A DNA stretch of 30,112 nucleotides from Capsulimonadales bacterium (GTDB lineage Bacteria > Armatimonadota > Armatimonadia > Armatimonadales > Armatimonadaceae): the NCBI GenBank assembly GCA_033762295.1, contig JANRLW010000010.1, positions 1-30,112 on the forward strand, written 5' to 3'. Shown piece by piece: positions 23,512-30,112 of the stretch. The position numbers and the translations under genes were made by a program. The notes beneath the pieces are model-generated. The model was not told the DNA's origin and searched no databases. It saw only the letters and a program-made list of their open reading frames with translations. Each line of letters starts with the position of its first letter. The stretch's first letter is position 1.

Positions 23512-24897
23512 TTACGCCTTGGGTTGCGGAGTTCCGGCCAATTCCTCGACAAAGTACGCGGTATGCCGGGCTCCCAGGATCAGGTCGGAGATGCGCAGAT
23601 TTTCGTTCGGGGCATGAACCCGACTGCCCGGATAGCCGCATCCGCACGTCACGAACGGCTGGCGCAGCCCGGAAACGAACGACCAGACCGGGCCGGAACC
23701 GCCGACCATCGGAATGACGGACGGTTCCTTGCCGTATACCGCCCGGGCCGTTTCCGCGCATAACCGAACATACGGATGCTCCGGGTCGACACGTCCCGGA
23801 CGCTGCCCGCCGAGATACCGGATTTCAACGTCCGGGAATCCGTGCGCGTCGAGGTGAACGCGCAGGGTTCGATGAACGACCTCCGGGTCCTGATCGGGAA
23901 CCAGACGGAAATCGATTTTCGCGCTGGCTTCCGCCGGTAGCACCGTCTTCGTCCCTTCGCCCTGGTAACCCGCCGTCAGTCCGCAGATCGTGCAGGTCGG
24001 TTCGAAGACCGCGCGCCGCTGATACTCGATGCCCGTGGCGCCGCCCAGAAACTCCTGAAGCCCGAACTCACGTCGCATATAGTCCTCGGTCGACGGCAGT
24101 GCCGCCAGTAACGCTCGATCCTTTTCCGACGCCGGGAACACCGAATCATAATGGCCGGGCAACAGAATCCTTTCGTCGGCATCCTTCAACGTGTTCAGCG
24201 CCCAGACCAATCGCCACGCCGCATTCGGCAACAGAGAACCGCCGACCCCGCTATGGGCATCGTAGGCGATGGTGCGAACGGCCAGTTCGAAGTAGGCGAT
24301 GCCCCGCAGCCCGCAAATGATCTCCGGCGTGCCGCGATCATCCACCCCGCCAAACTCCCAGACACAGACGTCGGCGGCAACCAGACTACTGTGTTCCGCG
24401 AGCCATGCCGGAAAGTGAACGGAGGCCACCTCCTCCTCGCCTTCGATCACGAACTTCACGTTCACCGGCAACGTCCCCCCGTTCGCGACCCGCAAGGCGT
24501 CGAGCGCCATCAGTCGGCAGACGATATGCCCCTTGTCGTCGCTGACCCCGCGCCCGAATACAAAGTCACCGTCGCGCCGCATCACCCAGGGATCGGAATC
24601 CCAGAGCTCGAGCGGTTCCGCCGGCTGGACATCATAATGGTTATAAAAAAGTACCGTCGGAGCGTCCACGCCCGCCGAACGATCCTCGGCATACACCACG
24701 GGGGGTCCGCCATCGGTCGGAACGAGGTAAGCTTGAAGGCCGTGGCGTCGCAATATCTCCGCCGTTTTTTCCGCTCCGGCAACCATCGGAGCGTCTTTTC
24801 TCGCCGCCACGCTCGGAATCGCCACCAGTTCCGCCAGCTCGATGAGCGCCGCTTCCGTCGCCGTCGTTATCGCCTCGTCCAATCGATCCTTGCCCAT
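23512..24897 (-). CDS. M20/M25/M40 family metallopeptidase (dipeptidase-like)
   Basis: LVAIPSV, VLFYNHYDVQP, FGRGVSDDKG, IEGEEE, GLRG, DAHSG, KIDFRLVPDQ, HAPNEN. Confidence 0.95.
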   Translation of the reverse strand: MGKDRLDEAITTATEAALIELAELVAIPSVAARKDAPMVAGAEKTAEILRRHGLQAYLVPTDGGPPVVYAEDRSAGVDAPTVLFYNHYDVQPAEPLELWDSDPWVMRRDGDFVFGRGVSDDKGHIVCRLMALDALRVANGGTLPVNVKFVIEGEEEVASVHFPAWLAEHSSLVAADVCVWEFGGVDDRGTPEIICGLRGIAYFELAVRTIAYDAHSGVGGSLLPNAAWRLVWALNTLKDADERILLPGHYDSVFPASEKDRALLAALPSTEDYMRREFGLQEFLGGATGIEYQRRAVFEPTCTICGLTAGYQGEGTKTVLPAEASAKIDFRLVPDQDPEVVHRTLRVHLDAHGFPDVEIRYLGGQRPGRVDPEHPYVRLCAETARAVYGKEPSVIPMVGGSGPVWSFVSGLRQPFVTCGCGYPGSRVHAPNENLRISDLILGARHTAYFVEELAGTPQPKA

Positions 24898-24924
24898 TAT
24901 TGCTCCCTCGGTTCGTACCGTGAT

Positions 24925-26322
24925 TCACGGTTTTGCGGCGGCTTTCCACCAGTCCGCAGTGTATTGACGTCCCGTGCGTTCCTCAAACTTCTTCCGCAGG
25001 TCGGGACGACGTTCCAGATGAATCCGGATTGCCAGTTCGATCTGGGCCGCCAGTTCCTTCAGCGACTGCTCCGGCGTCATCAGACGGTTCTCCACCTTTT
25101 CCACATGCTCGGTCGTCCACCGCGCGACCAGCGCCGGGTCGATAAACGGACTGTTGTCGAGGGGACGGGCATTTTTCAGTGCATCCACGAACGGCTGATG
25201 GAACGCCGGATCAGGAACGCTTTCATTGACCATTGATGCCCCGGTCGCGGCAAGGCGAAAGTCCGGCGGGTTCGCGTCGCCGTCCTGCACGATGATCCGG
25301 CTGTATTCCGGACTGGCAAGGTACTGAAGGAAGGTCAGCGCCTCTCTCCATCGGGGACTCTTGGCGTTGATACCCGCCGCCCGGGTATCCGTCACACCGG
25401 CGGATGGACGCGTCCCGACCCGCGGCAACAGGACCGCACCCAGATTGCCTTTGAGATTCGGAAAGTTCGGCACCTGGACGATATACCAGCGACCGATCAC
25501 GATCATCGCCGCCTTACCGGTCGAAAACCAGTTGATCCCGCCCGACCCCCAGCCGCCCTGAGATGCCATCGCCGCCGATTCCGCCGGCGTCGGTATGACT
25601 TTATGGACGTACATCATATCGTGGTACAGCGTCAGCGCGGCAATCGACTCCGGCGAATCGTGCCGACTCATCAGTCCATCCTCCGAGAACAGCCGCCCCC
25701 CGTGACCGATCAACATATCCTCGAAAAATCCCCGGCTGTTCCAGTTGGCGATCGGCATATGCTTCTCACCGCTTTTGGACGGAGTGGTTTGGATACGTTT
25801 ACTGATCGCGATCAGGTCGTCGTAGGTCCAATCGTCGGTCGGATACGGAATCCCGTGGTCGTCGAGAATCGCCTTGTTGTAAATGATACAGTTCGCCCAG
25901 ACATTGCAGGGGAACCGGTACTGCTTTCCATCCACCATCAGGGCCGGAGCCAGCGCCGGGTACGTTCTCGCCGGAGAAAACCCCATCTCTTTCGCATACG
26001 GGGTCAGGTCGAGGAGCACACCGCTCTGTACCAGGGAGTTGAGGTTTGCCTGATCGTAAACGTCGATGATATCCGGACCGGTGCCGGTGGTGCACTGAAC
26101 GATCAGCTTGGTCTGATCGCCGCCGAGACCGGGATCGACCAGGACCTGCTTTCCCGGAAACATGGCCGCATAGGCCGCCGTCTGCACCTTCCGCGCCGGA
26201 TTATCGTCCGTCGCCCAGCGCATCCGGACGATCCCATCGCGTTTCGGCCGCTCACGGGTCGTCTCCGCGACCGTATAAAGTGCGACGAAGAGAAGAAAGC
26301 AGAGAAGGAAAAGGCGGCGCAT
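24925..26322 (-). CDS. Carbohydrate ABC transporter substrate-binding protein
   Basis: N-terminal hydrophobic anchor without an obvious lipobox, GTGPDII, LLDLTPY, DGKQY..P, IYNK.ILD..GIPYPTDDWTYDD, FSTGKAAM...GRW. Confidence 0.92.
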   Translation of the reverse strand: MRRLFLLCFLLFVALYTVAETTRERPKRDGIVRMRWATDDNPARKVQTAAYAAMFPGKQVLVDPGLGGDQTKLIVQCTTGTGPDIIDVYDQANLNSLVQSGVLLDLTPYAKEMGFSPARTYPALAPALMVDGKQYRFPCNVWANCIIYNKAILDDHGIPYPTDDWTYDDLIAISKRIQTTPSKSGEKHMPIANWNSRGFFEDMLIGHGGRLFSEDGLMSRHDSPESIAALTLYHDMMYVHKVIPTPAESAAMASQGGWGSGGINWFSTGKAAMIVIGRWYIVQVPNFPNLKGNLGAVLLPRVGTRPSAGVTDTRAAGINAKSPRWREALTFLQYLASPEYSRIIVQDGDANPPDFRLAATGASMVNESVPDPAFHQPFVDALKNARPLDNSPFIDPALVARWTTEHVEKVENRLMTPEQSLKELAAQIELAIRIHLERRPDLRKKFEERTGRQYTADWWKAAAKP

Positions 26323-26325
26323 CGG

Positions 26326-27177
26326 CTATCCTTTCACCCCGCCGACCTGAAGCCCCTGAACCAGGAACCTCTGGAAACAGAGGAAGATGACGATCAGCGG
26401 CACGATGTTCATCACCGTGGCGGCCATGATTAACTCGGTCTGGCGACCGTAGGTGCTGTCCAGAGCGAGCATCCCGACCGACAGCGGATAGAGTTCGGAC
26501 TGGTTCAGCATGACCAGCGGCCAGAAAAAGGACTGGTAACTCCCCAGGAACGTAATGATCGTCAGGGCAATCAACCCCGGTCTTGCCAGAGGCAGCACGA
26601 CATCCCAGAAGACCTGCGTGTGGGTCGCCCCATCGATGGTGGCCGCCTCGTCCAGTGTCGGTGAGATCGACAGCATGAACTGGCGCAAAAGAAAGGTTCC
26701 GAACGCGCTGAAGGCCGCCGGGAGAATCAATCCGTGATAGGTATTCAGAAACCCGAGCCAGACCATGATTTGAAAGTTCGGGATCATCAATACCGCGCCT
26801 GGCACCATCATCGTCGCAATATACAGCAGAAAGACGGTGTCACGCCCCTTCCATCGCATCCGGGCGAACGCGTAGGCGGCCATCGCACTCGTCAACACCT
26901 GCAAAAACGTAATTCCGACCGCCATGAAAACCGAATTGAAGTACCACCGACCGAACTTGAGGTCCAGTGTCTTCCCGGTGACCGGGTCGGGTTCCAGATT
27001 CAGCACGATCGGATAGTTTCGGGTGGTCGGCTGATGGGGGACGATGTGGACCTGCTCGACCTCCGCCCGGGGCTTGAACGACGCGCTGACCATCCAGACA
27101 AACGGCAGTGAGATCGCTAAACCGAGGAGCGTGAGCAGCGCGAAACGCACCCACCGGAAACCGTGCGCGCCTCTCAT
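26326..27177 (-). CDS. Carbohydrate ABC transporter permease (MalG-like)
   Basis: LPFVWMVSASFK, YFNS, AAYAFAR, FLLRQF, EAA loop LDEAATIDGA, PLARP. Confidence 0.95.
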   Translation of the reverse strand: MRGAHGFRWVRFALLTLLGLAISLPFVWMVSASFKPRAEVEQVHIVPHQPTTRNYPIVLNLEPDPVTGKTLDLKFGRWYFNSVFMAVGITFLQVLTSAMAAYAFARMRWKGRDTVFLLYIATMMVPGAVLMIPNFQIMVWLGFLNTYHGLILPAAFSAFGTFLLRQFMLSISPTLDEAATIDGATHTQVFWDVVLPLARPGLIALTIITFLGSYQSFFWPLVMLNQSELYPLSVGMLALDSTYGRQTELIMAATVMNIVPLIVIFLCFQRFLVQGLQVGGVKG

Positions 27178-28604
27178 CCGTCCACCTCCAATCCCTTCCC
27201 GAACTTCCAGTTCAGCGCGGTTGCGACGAAAACCACGGCAAACAGAACCCAGGAAATGGCCGCCGCATAGCCAAGGTCCAGGTCCTGGAACGCCTTGTTA
27301 TAGATATAGAAGCTCAGAGTGGTGGTCGAACCGGCCGGCCCGCCGTTGGTCATGACGCGAGCCTGTTCGAACCCGCCCTGCAGACCGCCGATAATCGCCA
27401 TGATCGTGATAAAAAACGTCGTCGGTGCCAGTTGCGGCCAGGTCACGTGCCGGAACCGCGCCCAGGTCCCCGCGCCGTCCACCTCCGCCGCATCGAGCAG
27501 CTCCTTCGGAACGTTCGACAGTCCGGCAAGGTACAAAAGCATGTTCGTTCCGCCGATGCCGGTCCAGACGCCCATCAGGATCAGCGCAGGCTTGGCCCAT
27601 TCGATGCTCCCGAGCCATTGCGGCGGGTCGATTTTCAAACCGAACAGCGAAAAGACCGCCATCAACCCGACATTGATCGGTCCCGTCTGCGGATTGTAGA
27701 GCGCCTTCCACAGAATCATCAGCGCGACGCCGGCCGTGAAGGTCGGCAGGTAGAAAAGCGTACGGAACGCCACCACATTGGCGGCGATGCCCAGGGCGGC
27801 GATCCCCCATAAAAGCCCGGCCACCAGCCCGATATCGGCCATGCCCGCGCTCAGGAAGACGCCCAGTGTCACCACCCCACCGATCAGGCAGATGGCCGCG
27901 CCGATCTGACGCGAACGACCGGACCCGACCGGGAGTTCCTCGTTCAAAAGCAGGGCGAGAAGCAGCGATCCGGCAATCGAAAACGGAATCCCCACCATCA
28001 GGTAGGCGGTGTTATAGGCGTACTGCCAGAACCGGACATCGCGCGGTTCGTATGTCGACCACATCGCCGATTGGAGCGACGCGACGCCCGCCGCGCCCCC
28101 GACGAGGAGAATCGAAGGGACCAAGCCCCAGCCCGTCTCGAAAAGCGGTTCCTCCCGGCGCAGGATGGCGATGCTCCCTGCCAACAGCACCGCGCCGAGC
28201 AGAAACACCCCCTGCCCGCCCCCGCCGGCAACCCCGCCGTACAAAAGGGCCACACTGAGCGGAAAAAGCAGCAGACCCCCGGCGCGAGTTCCCCGCCAGG
28301 AGGCCATATTCGACCAGAGAGCGGCGACGAATCCCCCGGCAATCGCTCCCACCGCCAGCGTGTACCCCCAGGAGACGGTGGGGTTGCCTTCGGCGAGCGG
28401 ACGGACCCCGAGCAGGTCGGAAAAGTTCCGCAATCCCAGGTAGGCAAACGGGACCGCCGGTTTGGGTGTCCAGTTGGTAAACGCCATCCAGAAGGAAAAC
28501 AGGACCGGAAAGAGGGTAAAACCCAGAAATCCGACAATATTCGGAAGCAGGAAGGCCAGCGGCGTCCATCCGGCGGACGTCGACCGTCGACGTTGGTTCT
28601 CCAT
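27174..28604 (-). CDS. Carbohydrate ABC transporter permease (MalF/UgpA-like) with extra membrane insertions
   Basis: FLLPN..GFL.FTLFP, YLGLRNF, NTAY, FRTLFYLP, G.IN, P.WLG, YLAGL..VP.ELLDAAEVDGA..W.RF.HVTWPQL.PTTFF, MTNGGP. 476 aa long. Confidence 0.93.
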   Translation of the reverse strand: MENQRRRSTSAGWTPLAFLLPNIVGFLGFTLFPVLFSFWMAFTNWTPKPAVPFAYLGLRNFSDLLGVRPLAEGNPTVSWGYTLAVGAIAGGFVAALWSNMASWRGTRAGGLLLFPLSVALLYGGVAGGGGQGVFLLGAVLLAGSIAILRREEPLFETGWGLVPSILLVGGAAGVASLQSAMWSTYEPRDVRFWQYAYNTAYLMVGIPFSIAGSLLLALLLNEELPVGSGRSRQIGAAICLIGGVVTLGVFLSAGMADIGLVAGLLWGIAALGIAANVVAFRTLFYLPTFTAGVALMILWKALYNPQTGPINVGLMAVFSLFGLKIDPPQWLGSIEWAKPALILMGVWTGIGGTNMLLYLAGLSNVPKELLDAAEVDGAGTWARFRHVTWPQLAPTTFFITIMAIIGGLQGGFEQARVMTNGGPAGSTTTLSFYIYNKAFQDLDLGYAAAISWVLFAVVFVATALNWKFGKGLEVDG

Positions 28605-28709
28605 TGAAACGTCACCTGTTCAGCGCAGAATTGCCTCAGCCCCAGTGTATCGCATTTCCGTCGTAACCGGCCCGGCCTCCCGCCTGTTTCATCCGTGATC
28701 GCGCAGGCG

Positions 28710-29762
28710 TTACGCGTACAGCGCCGGAACGAGGTGCTCCCGCAGTATTTGCTCGGTCGGACTGAAGGAAAAGTCGTTGTAGCGGCCCGCCAGTATCGTG
28801 ACCGCGGCGTTCCGCGTCGGCAGGAGAAAAATCCGTTGTTCGCCGTTGCCGATCGCTCGCGGCACCACCACCGTTTCTCCCGAGGGAGTCTCCGCCTGAC
28901 CGTACCACCACTGATAACCGTAACCGCTCGTTCCCGCCTCATCAAAGGCAAACTGCCGTTGCGTTGAGGCGGCAACCCAGTCGGCCGGCACGACCGTTTT
29001 CCCTTCCCATTCCCCTCCGTGGAGATAAAGGGACGCAAACCGGGCCAGGTCATGCGCACTCAGACGCAATCCCGAGGCGGCGGCGGGCATCCCGTCGATA
29101 TCCCCGAGCCACTCATACTCCGAAATCCCCAGCGGACCGAACAGCACCTTTTCCGCATAATCCGACAGCGCGATGCCCGTCCCTCGCTGCAGAATCGCCG
29201 CCAGAACCTGGGTCAGGCCTCCGTTATAACGAAAGCCAACGCCGGGATCGGCAACGATCGGACGGCTCAGGACGTAACGTAGCGGCTCCGGCGAAAACGT
29301 CATCGCGATTTCGTCGTTCGCCGGGTCGGAGTAGGGAACTTCCTCATTCCAGTCGAGACCGGCGGTCATCGATAGTGCATGCCGTAATCGGATTCGGAGT
29401 CGTTCGTCCGTTCGAAGATCCGCATACTCCGGAAAGGCGTCGATCAGGGGCATATCAAGAGACGGAATCGCGCCCGAGTTCAGCGCGACGCCTACCAGAG
29501 CGGAAACGACGCTCTTGGTGATGGAACGCAGATCATGGCGGACATCGGGTCCGAAATCGACCATTCCGAGCGGGTCTCCCCACTTTTCGTCCACGCCGGA
29601 AAGGTAGGTTTCGTAGATCAGCCGGTGGTCCTTTTCGATCAACAGGGCATGAATCCGCCAGTCGGGAGTTTGACGAATCACTTCCGTCATCCGCTCCAGC
29701 CGTGCGCTATCGACCCCCACCGCCTCGGGCGACGCCTTTTGCCATTCACCTGCGTTTCCCAT
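28710..29762 (-). CDS. Serine hydrolase, beta-lactamase class C / NylB-like, cytoplasmic
   Basis: SxxK motif (RSITKS), LSMTAGL.W.E, F.YNGG, LFGPLGI, GYGYQWW, GNGEQ. No signal peptide. SD GGAG. Confidence 0.9.
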   Translation of the reverse strand: MGNAGEWQKASPEAVGVDSARLERMTEVIRQTPDWRIHALLIEKDHRLIYETYLSGVDEKWGDPLGMVDFGPDVRHDLRSITKSVVSALVGVALNSGAIPSLDMPLIDAFPEYADLRTDERLRIRLRHALSMTAGLDWNEEVPYSDPANDEIAMTFSPEPLRYVLSRPIVADPGVGFRYNGGLTQVLAAILQRGTGIALSDYAEKVLFGPLGISEYEWLGDIDGMPAAASGLRLSAHDLARFASLYLHGGEWEGKTVVPADWVAASTQRQFAFDEAGTSGYGYQWWYGQAETPSGETVVVPRAIGNGEQRIFLLPTRNAAVTILAGRYNDFSFSPTEQILREHLVPALYA

Positions 29763-29808
29763 GTTTCTCCCCCTTGTCCGTAGAAGCGGATTATTCGTTA
29801 TCGATTGT

Positions 29809-30111
29809 TCACTCAGGAAGCGCGCCCCCGGCCCACTCCTTCCGAATATCCGTCATGCATTCCCAGTGGTACCGTTCATGGTCAACGTGACTCAGTCGGA
29901 AAAAGATGGCGTAGCGAATGTTCGGAGAGATGTTTCCCGCGATTCCATGGCCGATTTGATAGTGGACCAGCGCCGCATCCCCGGCCATGCCCGTGAACTG
30001 CTCCGGTTCCGGCAGGTCGATCGGGGGCATTCCGTTCAGAAGCGATTGCGGCCCGTGCTCCCGGAAATACGCTTCGTAGAGTCTATGCGTCCCCGGCCAG
30101 TACGTGAAGTT
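29809..30111 (-). CDS. PhyH-like (phytanoyl-CoA dioxygenase family) Fe/2OG dioxygenase, 3' part
   Basis: The frame is open to the window edge: NFTYWPGTH...AGDAALVHYQIGHGIAGNISPNIRYAIFFR, matching the PGSH, GD, distal His and 2OG-binding Arg pattern. Confidence 0.8.
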   Translation of the reverse strand, partial: NFTYWPGTHRLYEAYFREHGPQSLLNGMPPIDLPEPEQFTGMAGDAALVHYQIGHGIAGNISPNIRYAIFFRLSHVDHERYHWECMTDIRKEWAGGALPE

Positions 30112-30112
30112 C

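Noticed and set aside
20414..29521. Long alternative-frame ORFs (e.g. 20414-21400, 24151-25236, 25603-26433, 27998-29059)
   Set aside because: Antisense or off-frame shadows of well-supported genes, with Arg/Pro-rich composition typical of high-GC DNA.
28710..29762. Antibiotic-resistance beta-lactamase
   Set aside because: No signal peptide and no KTG triad. It resembles cytoplasmic esterase/amidase members of the family.
1..30112. CRISPR arrays, IS elements, prophage, toxin-antitoxin or defence systems
   Set aside because: No regularly spaced direct repeats, terminal inverted repeats, transposase, integrase, phage or defence motifs were recognised.

Overview
About 30 kb of GC-rich bacterial chromosome. 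Armatimonadota is my best guess, inferred from the DUF1559/H-X9-DG prepilin-like gene, the PQQ-like propeller and the unusual glycosidase-like proteins. Contents in order: the 5' end of tuf with an upstream tRNA-Thr(GGT); a divergent four-gene envelope module (Tat-type beta-propeller, OB-fold repeat protein, prepilin-like protein, ABC ATPase); two M24 peptidases; a minus-strand block (rnd, MBL hydrolase, DUF58, thioesterase, HIT, a small RR-motif protein, HisN-like phosphatase); a LacI regulator; a glycosidase-like protein; an ABC exporter; trpDC; an SNase-like fusion; an RraA/HMG aldolase; a decayed LacI; an alpha/alpha-barrel protein; an M20 peptidase; a sugar ABC transporter; a serine hydrolase; and a partial PhyH-like dioxygenase. 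I saw no CRISPR, IS, integrase or phage genes. The most notable signals are: (1) RNase D has no ATG/GTG/TTG upstream of its catalytic motif and most likely starts at AUU; (2) an unannotated decayed LacI helix-turn-helix ORF lies behind a perfect sigma70 promoter with tandem LacI-type operators; (3) three genes look like intact pseudoenzymes; (4) the MBL hydrolase appears leaderless; (5) the pilin/PilH-like envelope module; (6) a sugar permease with two large membrane insertions; (7) a C55 variant in the tRNA T-loop. All family assignments come from motif recognition by eye, not database searches.
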